Below are positions 50,526 through 60,100 of a stretch of DNA of 64,000 nt, one piece after another (position 1 is the stretch's first letter; each line of letters opens with the position of its first letter). Under the pieces are notes generated by a model. It had not been told where the DNA came from. It searched no databases and saw only the letters and a list, made by a program, of their open reading frames with translations. The DNA comes from an uncultured Eubacteriales bacterium (GTDB lineage Bacteria > Bacillota > Clostridia > Christensenellales > CAG-917). The stretch is taken from assembly GCA_900545885.1 (NCBI GenBank), contig URAF01000005.1:53659-117658 (forward strand), in the 5' to 3' direction. The translations under genes and the position numbers were made by a program.

Positions 50526-50858
50526 TCAGAGGTTCAGGAACTTCACTCCCGCGTACATAACGTCTTCTATCGAGCGGTTTTTCAGGGAGTAATAAATGAT
50601 TTTGCCGTCGCGGCGCTGACGTACTATGTCCGCCACACGCAGAAGTCGCAACTGGTGCGAACAGGTGGTCTGGTTCAGCCCGAGAACGTGAGCAAGGTCG
50701 CCTACGCACATTTCCGAAATAGACAGAGCGCATATTATCTTTGCACGCGTGGCGTCACCGCACGCCGAAAAGAACTCCGACAGCGTGTGCAGGGTTGCGT
50801 TGCGCGGCACGTAATCGCGTATGAGCTGAACGGTTTTGTCGTCAAGCAATGTTTCCAT
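50526..50858 (-). CDS. ArsR/SmtB-family transcriptional regulator
   Basis: 110 aa. The wHTH pattern is DATRAKIICALSISEMCVGDLAHVLGLNQTTCSHQLRLLR. Confidence 0.9.
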   Translation of the reverse strand: METLLDDKTVQLIRDYVPRNATLHTLSEFFSACGDATRAKIICALSISEMCVGDLAHVLGLNQTTCSHQLRLLRVADIVRQRRDGKIIYYSLKNRSIEDVMYAGVKFLNL

Positions 50859-50949
50859 ACCCGAATTATAATTCCCACGCGCGCGAAAATTTTGTGTAAC
50901 TTTGTCGAGGTTCTACGCATATTGTGATAAAAAGTCGGAGGTGTCGCGT

Positions 50950-51144
50950 ATGACTTTCAACGAAAACTGGTTTCTGTTTCTGCTCATCGTTATGGCGGTG
51001 TTCGCCTCCGACGGGACGGTTTCGAGCACGGAAACAGCCGTTATGATTGCAATTCTGTTCGCTTTGACCGTAGCGGGTCCCACACTGGTTTCGTCGGATA
51101 CGGACTCCGACGCCGACGACCGCAACTGTTTCTGCAACAAATGA
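50950..51144 (+). CDS. small two-TM protein ending in CFCNK
   Basis: 64 aa from ATG 50950, 6 nt after SD GGAGGTG. It is divergent from arsR. Confidence 0.5.
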   Translation: MTFNENWFLFLLIVMAVFASDGTVSSTETAVMIAILFALTVAGPTLVSSDTDSDADDRNCFCNK

Positions 51145-51261
51145 GCCCAGATAATTTTTTTCGCTGTTTGATTTGATTCGATACAAATAAATTCACGGTA
51201 ATTTGGGAACTCGCACGTGCGCATTGCTCCGCGCACGTGCGCAACTCGCGCCCGAAATCTA

Positions 51262-51290
51262 TTTACTATTTTCGGCTTAAAGGGTATAAT
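51262..51290 (+). promoter_or_regulatory. uvrC promoter (leaderless geometry)
   Basis: TTTACT (51262-51267), 17 nt spacer, TATAAT (51285-51290), AACCCC, then GTG (51297). Confidence 0.5.
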
Positions 51291-51296
51291 AACCCC

Positions 51297-53240
51297 GTGG
51301 ACTTCAAAGCGAAACTCAAAGACGTGCCGGAAAATCCCGGCGTTTATATGATGCTCGACAGCGACGGGGAGATTATCTACGTTGGCAAAGCCAAAAATCT
51401 CCGCGCACGCCTTCGTCAGTATTTTTACCGTTCGGGCAACAAAACCGCAAAGGTTATGGCGATGCTCGAACACGTCGCGGATTTCAGGTACATCATCTGT
51501 CCGAGCGAAGTCGACGCGCTCGTCACCGAGAATAACTTAATTAAGAAACATACGCCCAGATACAACATTCTGCTCAAAGACGACAAGGCGTATCCTTTCC
51601 TGCGTATAGATATGCGCGAGGATTATCCCGCGATAACGCTTGTGCGCAAACTGCGAAACGACGGAGCAAGATATTTCGGACCGTATATGCAGTCCGTCAA
51701 CGTCAAGGATATTTTCGACCTTATACACACGGCTTTTCCCGTCAGGGACTGTCGCCGCGATTTGTCCAAGCCTTCCCGTCCTTGCCTGAACTACCATTTG
51801 GGCAGGTGTGTCGCGCCGTGTTCGGGAAAGGTGAGCAAGGAAGAGTATCACGCGGAGATTGGAAAAGTCATTGCGTTCTTGCGCGGAAACGACAGGGAAG
51901 TGGAGCGCGTTCTCAACGAGAAAATGATGAGGTTCGCCGAAGAAGAGAACTTCGAAGTCGCGCTGAATTACAAGAACAAACTCAAAGTCCTCGACAACAT
52001 CGTGCGCAAACAGGTTAGCGCGTTGCCCAAAGACTTCAACCTGGATATATTCGCATACGAAACCAACGGGGTGCTCGGTGCGGTCAATATGCTGGTAGTC
52101 CGCGGCGGCAAACTGGTCGGCGGCGAGAACAGGGTTTTCGAGTCGGCGGACGAGGATATAGCGTCATACATTTTCCAGTACTACGCGCACAATGCACCCG
52201 TATGCGACGAAGTCGTAACCGACGGAGTGGAAAACGCCGACGCTCTGGAAAAGGCGGTGTCCGAGCTTGCGCACAGAACCGTCCGCGTCGTCGAACCCAA
52301 ACAGGGAGTCAGACGGCAGTTGCTTGATTTGTCGCATTCCAACGCTTCGCACGCCATGGAGAAACACGGAACGACGGAAGAACGGAAGAGAGTGCGCACC
52401 GAAGGGGCGGTTGTGCAACTTGGAGAACTGCTCAATCTGCCCGTGTTGCCCAACAGAATAGAGGCGTACGACATATCGCATATATCGGGCACGGACAAAG
52501 TCGCGAGTATGGCGGTTTTCGAGGGCGGCGAACCCAAAAAGTCGCATTACCGCAAGTTCCGCATCAAAACCGTGGAAGGCAACAACGACTTTGCCTGTAT
52601 GAAAGAAACACTTACGCGCAGGCTCAAAAGATTGGAAGAAGGCGACGACGAGAGTTTCGGAACTCCGCCCGACCTCATTCTTATAGACGGCGGCAAAGGA
52701 CAGCTTGCTTACGCTTTGGAAGCGTTGCGGGAGTGCGGCAGGGAAGACCTCGAAATTTTGTCGCTTGCAAAACGCGAAGAAGAAGTTTTTCTGGGGAGCG
52801 ACCCCAAACGCGCAATCATACTTCCCCGCGACAGCGTGGCATTGCAGATGTTGCAGAGAGTACGTGACGAAGCGCACAGATTTGCAATCACCTATCACAG
52901 GACTTTGCGTTCTAAACATATGTCCGAAACCGTGTTGCGGCAGATTGAGGGCATAGGCAAAAAGCGCGCCAACGCGCTGATTGCGGCGTTCGGGTCTGCG
53001 GAAAACGTAAAGCACGCGTCGGCGGAAGAAATCGCGGCAATCGACGGTTTTTCGTCCGCCCTTGCAAGGGAAATCCTCAAAAAACTGAACGGCGCGGGTA
53101 TCGCGACGGACAACAGCGCAGATAACGGCGGCGGTAAAAGTGACGCAAGTTTTGCGAGCGGAGTTGACAGCGTTGACGGCGTTCAGGGTAGTTCTGTCGG
53201 GAACGGCGGCGGGAGTGACGCCGACGGTGGCGCGGAGTGA
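51297..53240 (+). CDS. uvrC: excinuclease ABC subunit C
   Basis: 647 aa from GTG 51297. This gives the typical N-terminus MDFKAKLKDVPENPGVYMMLD. It has GIY-YIG (EIIYVGKAKNLRARL), an endonuclease domain, an HhH region, and an unusual ~50-aa G/S/D-rich tail. The start position is inferred. Confidence 0.9.
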   Translation: MDFKAKLKDVPENPGVYMMLDSDGEIIYVGKAKNLRARLRQYFYRSGNKTAKVMAMLEHVADFRYIICPSEVDALVTENNLIKKHTPRYNILLKDDKAYPFLRIDMREDYPAITLVRKLRNDGARYFGPYMQSVNVKDIFDLIHTAFPVRDCRRDLSKPSRPCLNYHLGRCVAPCSGKVSKEEYHAEIGKVIAFLRGNDREVERVLNEKMMRFAEEENFEVALNYKNKLKVLDNIVRKQVSALPKDFNLDIFAYETNGVLGAVNMLVVRGGKLVGGENRVFESADEDIASYIFQYYAHNAPVCDEVVTDGVENADALEKAVSELAHRTVRVVEPKQGVRRQLLDLSHSNASHAMEKHGTTEERKRVRTEGAVVQLGELLNLPVLPNRIEAYDISHISGTDKVASMAVFEGGEPKKSHYRKFRIKTVEGNNDFACMKETLTRRLKRLEEGDDESFGTPPDLILIDGGKGQLAYALEALRECGREDLEILSLAKREEEVFLGSDPKRAIILPRDSVALQMLQRVRDEAHRFAITYHRTLRSKHMSETVLRQIEGIGKKRANALIAAFGSAENVKHASAEEIAAIDGFSSALAREILKKLNGAGIATDNSADNGGGKSDASFASGVDSVDGVQGSSVGNGGGSDADGGAE

Positions 53241-53257
53241 TTTTAAAATATTACAAG

Positions 53258-53286
53258 TTGAGAATTATCGCGCGTTGATGTATAAT
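53258..53286 (+). promoter_or_regulatory. sigma-70-type promoter of hprK
   Basis: TTGAGA (53258-53263), 17 nt spacer, TATAAT (53281-53286). Confidence 0.6.
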
Positions 53287-53306
53287 TGATATTCCACGGA
53301 GGATAT

Positions 53307-54266
53307 ATGGCTACGTCCGAAAAAGATAAGGAAAGAAAAACTTTTTACGTGTCTCCCGAAAAGTTCGCAAAAGACCTCGACTTGACGTTGGTTTATGCGC
53401 CCGAAGGGGATTTGTGTTTCCGTTCGACCGCAACCAACCGTCCCGGTATGCTGTTTGCGGGATTCGACGAATTTTTCCCCGCGCACCGCATTCAGGCACT
53501 CGGCAACGCGGAAATGGCGTACCTCAATTCTCTCGGGGAGAAGTTCCGTGAAATGCAGCTCGACAGGCTGTTCTCGAAACGCGTGCCCTGCGTTATCGTG
53601 TCGCAGAACTACACGGTGGGCGAGAGTATGACGGAAATCGCGAAACGCTACGGCGTGGCGCTTTTTGTCAGCAAACAGACGACGTCGGCAGTCGAAAGCG
53701 ACTGCGTGCACTATCTCACGACCGCGCTCGCGGAAAGCGATACCATTCACGGCGAACTGCTTGACATAAGCGGTATAGGCGTGTTGCTCCTCGGCGAAAG
53801 CGGAATAGGCAAATCGGAAACCGCGCTCGAACTCGTGCACCGCGGTCATATGCTTGTTGCGGACGACCTTGTCGAAGTCAAACGCATAAAGAACAAAATT
53901 TACGGTTATCCCTCCAAGATGACGGCAAACCTTCTGGAAGTTCGCGGAGTGGGTCTCATCGACGTCGAGGCAATGTACGGCGTCGGCGGCGTGCTCAACC
54001 AAAAACGTATCCACCTCGTCATCGAAATGGAGAAGTGGGACGACAACAAGAGTTACGACAGACTGGGTGACGAAGCGTTGACGTACGACATACTCGGCGT
54101 AAAGTTCCAGCGCATAGTGGTGCCCGTGTCGGCGGGACGAAACCTTGCCGTCGTTATAGAAGCCGCAAGCCGAAACTTCCGACTGAAAAGCATGGGCAGG
54201 GACGCGCTCGACGAACTGTCTCTGCGACTTATGGAAAAGAACAGACCCCGAGAAATCGACAACTGA
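53307..54266 (+). CDS. hprK: HPr kinase/phosphorylase
   Basis: 319 aa from ATG 53307, with SD GGAGG. It has the P-loop LLGESGIGKSETALEL and the LVADD and GRNLAVVIE blocks. Confidence 0.95.
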   Translation: MATSEKDKERKTFYVSPEKFAKDLDLTLVYAPEGDLCFRSTATNRPGMLFAGFDEFFPAHRIQALGNAEMAYLNSLGEKFREMQLDRLFSKRVPCVIVSQNYTVGESMTEIAKRYGVALFVSKQTTSAVESDCVHYLTTALAESDTIHGELLDISGIGVLLLGESGIGKSETALELVHRGHMLVADDLVEVKRIKNKIYGYPSKMTANLLEVRGVGLIDVEAMYGVGGVLNQKRIHLVIEMEKWDDNKSYDRLGDEALTYDILGVKFQRIVVPVSAGRNLAVVIEAASRNFRLKSMGRDALDELSLRLMEKNRPREIDN

Positions 54267-54335
54267 ATAAGCGGGCATTGCCGAAAGGTGTGCGGCGGGC
54301 AGGATTAAAAACGCGACGTCGGCATACAATTCGGT

Positions 54336-55313
54336 ATGAACCTTGACGACAAAAAGAAAACCGAACTTGGCGCGGACGAAAAATCGCGTTCGGAAACGGC
54401 ATTGCAGGCGGACGCGGAATATGCGAACGCAACGGAACTCGTGGACGAACTTGCAACCGAACTCGGAGTGCGCGTGCTTGCCGACGTTTCGGCAACCGAA
54501 CTTACGACGTTCCGCGGCGGCGGAACCGTGAAAAGAGTGTATGTTCCCCAAACCGTCGGAGTATTCGCGGAGTTTATGCGCAGGACGACGGAGACAATCG
54601 GCGTGCCGCCTTACGTTCTCGGCGGCGGCTCGGACACTCTCATAAAGGACGGGGAAGTGCGCCGTCCCGTTGTGTGGACGAAAGACCTTTGCGGCATAAC
54701 TTTGCGGTCGGGAAAAGTCGTTGCGGAATGCGGCGTTAAAATTTCCGCGCTCATTGCGTTCGGCAGAAAACACGGGTTGGGCGGAATGGAGTTCTTGCAA
54801 GGCGTGCCCGCAAGCGTCGGCGGAGCCGTAAGGATGAATGCGGGAGCGTTCGGGGCAGAAACGAGTGATTATATTGACACAATAACGTGTTTAAGTGCCG
54901 ATTTTGGCAAAACGCTGGAAATTCCGCGTGACGAAGTCGGGTTCGGATACCGAAAAGGCGCGGAGTATACGGTGGTTTCGGCGACGTTTGCGCTTGCCGA
55001 GATGAGCCGAGAAGAAAGTGCCGCGAGAGCCGCCGAGTTCTTAGCGATGAGAAAGCGCAGGCAGCCTGCTTTTCCGTCCTGCGGGAGCGTGTTCAAAGGT
55101 GCGGAGTTGCCCGCGGGATATTATATCGACCGCGCGGGGCTCAAAGGCGTGAGAAAGGGCGGTGCCGTCATTTCTCAGAAGCACGCGAACTTTATCGTCA
55201 ACGAAGGCGGTGCGTCCGCCGCAGATTATCTTTGGCTTGCGGATTTTGCCCGCGAGCGCGTGAAAACGCTTTTCGGAGTGGAACTCCAAAGAGAGTTCGA
55301 ATTGTTGGAATAA
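54336..55313 (+). CDS. murB: UDP-N-acetylenolpyruvoylglucosamine reductase
   Basis: 325 aa. It has TFRGGG, GVPASVGGAVRMNAGA, SCGSVFK and a charged ~35-aa N-terminal extension. There is no SD. Confidence 0.9.
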   Translation: MNLDDKKKTELGADEKSRSETALQADAEYANATELVDELATELGVRVLADVSATELTTFRGGGTVKRVYVPQTVGVFAEFMRRTTETIGVPPYVLGGGSDTLIKDGEVRRPVVWTKDLCGITLRSGKVVAECGVKISALIAFGRKHGLGGMEFLQGVPASVGGAVRMNAGAFGAETSDYIDTITCLSADFGKTLEIPRDEVGFGYRKGAEYTVVSATFALAEMSREESAARAAEFLAMRKRRQPAFPSCGSVFKGAELPAGYYIDRAGLKGVRKGGAVISQKHANFIVNEGGASAADYLWLADFARERVKTLFGVELQREFELLE

Positions 55314-55350
55314 CCGCGTCGGATGCGGAGTTACGGAGGATAAATCCGTT

Positions 55351-56130
55351 ATGGAAATCTGGGGAGATTATCACATTCATACGTGTGCCAGCGACGGGCA
55401 GGGACACGTCGCGGACAAGTTTGCCTGCGCAAGCGCACGTGGGTTTACCGAAATTGCGGTTGCCGACCACGGGTTCGGCGCAATTCTGTTGGGGCAGACG
55501 AGAAAGAAGTTTGACGCGCAGACCGCCGACGTGCTGAAAGCCAACGCGATGAAGTCCGTAAAGGTGTATCAGAGCATAGAGTGCACGCCTCTCAACGAGA
55601 ACGGCGACCTCGACGCTCCCGACGACATCATAGAGAGATGCGACGTGCTGCATATGGGGTTTCACAGGCTTATGAAACCGCACGTCATACGCCGCAACCC
55701 GACTTATTTCCTTGTCAACGGCTGGGGTACGTCCTCGGCGCGTGACGAAGAAGAACTGGTCGAGTTCAACACCCGCGCTTATCTCAACGCGCTCGAACGC
55801 TATCCCGTCGATATAATATGCCATCTCAATCACAGGGCAAAAGTCGACGTCAAGCGCATAATCAAAGTCGCCGAAGAAAAGGGCATATACATCGAACTCA
55901 ACGAAAAACACATCGAAACGTTGGAGGGTTGCATCGACATCTTGTTGCAGTCCGACGTCAGGTTCATTATGGGTTCGGACGCGCACCGCACCGACAAGGT
56001 GGGGTCGTTTGTCAGGGTAAAGGATTTTATCGCAAGACACGGCGTGCCCGAAAACAGAATATGCGGAGTGGGAATATCGCCCGTTTTTCACTCCCAAAAA
56101 GGTTTTGCTCCGAAACGGGAGGACATATGA
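55351..56130 (+). CDS. PHP-domain phosphoesterase
   Basis: 259 aa with SD GGAGGA. The PHP metal motifs are YHIHTCASDG, AVADHG and GSDAH. Confidence 0.8.
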   Translation: MEIWGDYHIHTCASDGQGHVADKFACASARGFTEIAVADHGFGAILLGQTRKKFDAQTADVLKANAMKSVKVYQSIECTPLNENGDLDAPDDIIERCDVLHMGFHRLMKPHVIRRNPTYFLVNGWGTSSARDEEELVEFNTRAYLNALERYPVDIICHLNHRAKVDVKRIIKVAEEKGIYIELNEKHIETLEGCIDILLQSDVRFIMGSDAHRTDKVGSFVRVKDFIARHGVPENRICGVGISPVFHSQKGFAPKREDI

Positions 56131-57089
56131 CATTCAAAGAAAACGCAAGCAACGAACTTCTTACCGTTCTGCCTGCCGACGAAAAAGGCATTCTGGCTTT
56201 TCTCTGTGCGGCGGCGAAACAGGCGGGTTCGATAAACATCTGCGCAAAACGCAAAAATCTCGTGTTTGCGCTGTCGTCCTATGCCGAGTGTCTGGCGGTG
56301 GTGGATATGCTGAAAACGCTTTATCCCACCGAGTTTGAAATCAGCATGGAACACGTAAAATCGGGGTCGCGCAAGGGTAACACTTCGTACAGCGTCGCCG
56401 TGCCTACCGGGTTCACGAAACAGGCTCTTTCCGATTTGCACCTCGTGTCCGACGACGGAAAGGAAGACGAAAGCGTAATCCCCGATTTCGTGACGGAAAA
56501 CCGAGCGCTTGCGCTCAGTTACCTCAAAGGTCTGTTCATGGTGTGCGGCAGCGTTTACGTTCCGTCGCACGGAGAGGACGACGAAAAACGCGAAGGATAC
56601 CATTTCGAGTTTATGGTCGAAGACGAGCAGTCGGCACAGGAGATAAGCGAACTTCTGCACAGGCTGGGCGTCAACGCGAAAATCAGCGAGCGCGGGGCGA
56701 ATTTCCTTGTCTATCTCAAAGACAAGGACGAAATTCTCACTATGCTTGCGCTTCTCGACCTCGGCGACAGCGTTCTGAGGCTCAAATCCATAATCGACGA
56801 ACGCGAAACGGCAAACAGCATAAACCGCGTCACTATATGCGAAGCCGCAAACCTCGACAAAACGTATGCGGCGGCGTCCAAACAGCTTATGGAAATCGGC
56901 ATAATCGAAGAGCGCGACGGGTTGGACTCGTTGAGTCCCGCTTTGCGTGAAACGGCTTGCGCCAGAATGGAGTATCAGCAGGCGAGTATGAGCGAACTTG
57001 CGGAAATTCTCGGCATAACCAAAAGTTGTCTGAACCACAGACTCCGCAAAATCTCGGAAATCGCGGGAGCGGATACGGACGCACAATAA
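56127..57089 (+). CDS. whiA: DNA-binding protein WhiA
   Basis: 320 aa from ATG 56127, with an ATGA overlap. It has a degenerate LAGLIDADG-like middle region and the C-terminal HTH MSELAEILGITKSCLNHRLRKI. Confidence 0.9.
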   Translation: MTFKENASNELLTVLPADEKGILAFLCAAAKQAGSINICAKRKNLVFALSSYAECLAVVDMLKTLYPTEFEISMEHVKSGSRKGNTSYSVAVPTGFTKQALSDLHLVSDDGKEDESVIPDFVTENRALALSYLKGLFMVCGSVYVPSHGEDDEKREGYHFEFMVEDEQSAQEISELLHRLGVNAKISERGANFLVYLKDKDEILTMLALLDLGDSVLRLKSIIDERETANSINRVTICEAANLDKTYAAASKQLMEIGIIEERDGLDSLSPALRETACARMEYQQASMSELAEILGITKSCLNHRLRKISEIAGADTDAQ

Positions 57090-57110
57090 CGACGGATAAC
57101 GGAGATACAA

Positions 57111-60100
57111 ATGAGTGATTTCGTACACTTGCATTTACACAGCGAATACAGCCTTCTCGACGGTGCGATAAGGCTTATGCAGAACGTTTTGTCCGATAAG
57201 GAGTCGGACAAAATCCTGCACGTTTCGCCTCTTTGCGACGCGCTCAAAGAAATGGGTATGAATGCGGTCGCAATCACCGACCACGGCAACCTTTACGGTG
57301 TACATACCTTCGTCAGCGCTATGCGCGACCACGGCATCAAACCCATTATCGGCAGCGAATTTTACGTTGCGGACAACCTTTACGTGAAAACGCCCGAAAA
57401 TCTGCACAAGCGCGACCACCTTATCCTGCTTGCAAAGAACCTCACGGGTTACAAAAACCTCATGAAACTTTCCACGATTTCCTTTGTGGACGGTTTTTAT
57501 ATGAAACCGAGAATCGACCTCGACACTCTCGAAAAGTATTCCGAAGGTCTGATTTGCTGTTCGGCGTGTCTTGCGGGCGGCATTCCGTCGCTGCTTCTCA
57601 AAAACGACTACGAAGGCGCGAAAGCGTACGCGTTGCGCCTGAAAAATATGTTCGAGGAAGGGGACTTCTACATCGAATTGCAGGACCACGGACTCGAAGA
57701 AGAAAAACGTATTCTCAATACGCTTGTCAAACTTGCCCGCGATATAGGCGTCAAGGTCGTCGCAACCAACGACGTACACTATCTGCGCCGCGAGGACGCC
57801 GACATTCAGGACACGATGATGTGCATCAACCTGCAATGCAAAAAGACGGACTCGGTAAGCGTGCGTTTCGACAACGACAATTTCTATCTCAAAAGCGGCG
57901 AGGAAATGGAAGAGCTTTTCTCGTGGATACCCGAGGCAATCGAGAGTACGAGAGAAATCGCCGACAAGGTGGACGGTGACTATTTCGTCGTCAAGTACAA
58001 AAAGACGTTCATTCCGCACTTTGAAACGGAAGATATGAACGGCAGGGATTCGCGGCAGTACCTTTACGACCTTGCGTGGAAGAACATTCACCGCAGATAC
58101 TCGGAAATCACGCCCGAAATTCAGCAACGACTGGACTACGAACTCGGCGTAATCAACCAGTGCGGTTTCAACGACTACTTCCTGATAGTCTGGGACTTCG
58201 TGCACGCGGCAAAACAGCGCGGCATTCCCGTAGGCCCCGGACGAGGCAGCGGCGTCGGAAGTCTTGTTGCGTATTCGATAGGCATAACCGACGTTGACCC
58301 GTTGCGCTATAATCTGCTGTTCGAGCGTTTCCTTTCCGTCGAACGCGTATCCATGCCCGACTTTGATATAGACTTCTGTTTCGTACGCCGTCCCGAAATC
58401 ATCGAGTACGTCGTGGGCAAATACGGCGCGCCCAACGTTGCGCAGATTATCGCGTATTCCACGATGAGTGCGAAGGCGGCGGTCAAGGACGTCGCGCGCG
58501 TCTTCGATGTTCCGTACACCGACGCCAACAACTGGGTAAAAGACATTCCCGTCGGTAAGGTTCTGCTCCGCCAGTGCCTTTCGCCGTCGAGCAAACTGTA
58601 CTCGGAAGATTTTGCCAAACTTTACAATTCCAATCCCACGGCGAAAAACGTCATCGACACCGCAATTCAGCTGGAAGGCATGCCGCGACAGACGTCGATG
58701 CACGCGGCGGGCGTCGTCATTTGCGGCGACCCGATTGTCGAGCACGTTCCGCTTTCGAGAAACGGCAACGATATAACCACGCAGTTCGATAAAACCATGG
58801 TCGAGGCGCAAGGGTTGCTCAAAATGGACTTCCTCGGTCTCAAAACCCTTACCGACATAAGCGAAGCTCTCAAACTTGTCAAAGAGGACAAGGGCAGGGT
58901 TATCGACTTCAACGAACTCGGTTACGAAGACCCCAACGTTTACAACCTCATTGCCAGCGGCGACTGCGAAGCCGTGTTCCAGCTCGAAGGCGGCGGCATA
59001 AAGAAGTTCATGATGCAGTTGCAGCCGAACAGCCTCGAAGACGTCATGGCGGGCATTTCAATGTACCGCCCGGGCCCCATGCAGTTCCTTGACATCTTCA
59101 TTCAGGGCAAACGCAACCCGCAGGGCGTCAAGTACGCGCACCCGTTGCTCAAAAAAGTTCTGGAAACCACTTACGGCTGCATCGTCTATCAGGAACAGGT
59201 CATGCAGATTGCGCAGATTATAGCGGGCTATTCTTTCGGCGGCGCGGACATAATGAGACGTGCGATAGCAAAGAAAAAGCTCGACGTCCTTATGGAACAG
59301 AAAGAAATATTCCTGCACGGCGGCGTTCTGCCCGGCGACACCACGCAACGTCATATTCCCGGAGCGGTTGCAAACGGCGTCAGCGAAGAGATTGCGGCGG
59401 AACTGTTCGAACAGATACTGAAATTCGCCGAATACGCGTTCAACAAATCTCACGCTGCGGCGTATGCCGTACTTGCGTATCAGACGGGCTTTTTGAAATG
59501 CTACTATCCCACGCACTTCATAACCGCCGTTATCAACAACCGCATAACCAACGCCGACGAAACCAAACACTACATCAACTATCTGCGCCGTATGGGCGTC
59601 AAGATACTTGCTCCTGACATCAACCGTTCCAAAAAGGTATTTTCCATCGAAAACGACAACGTCCGTTACGGGCTTATGGGCATTAAGAACGTCGGCGAGC
59701 AGGCTATGGAATTCGTTCTCCGCGAACGCGAGAACGGACCTTTCACCGACATACGCAATTTCATCGAGCGTTGTTCCGGGCAGGTCAACAAGCGCATGAT
59801 AGAAAGCCTTATAAAAGGCGGTGCGTTCGATTCTTTCGGCAAAACGCGTTCCACGCTCATGGCGTCTTACGAGCGCATAATGGACGCCGTGAACAGCGAC
59901 AAAAAGAATAAGATGGACGGGCAGATGTCCTTGTTCGACGACCTCATCGAAGACGTAACGGTCAAGTACACCGAGCTTCCCGAATACGACAAAATGCATA
60001 TTTTGGCGGGGGAAAAAGAGGTCCTCGGCATGTACGTCAGCGGTCACCCTCTCGACGACTATTCCGACACGCGGCACGAATTCGATTTCGACACGTCGAT

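Noticed and set aside
51145-51296. LexA/SOS box upstream of uvrC.
   Set aside because: There is no CGAAC-N4-GTTCG-like sequence. The dyads present are GCGCACGTGCGC, which is unrelated.
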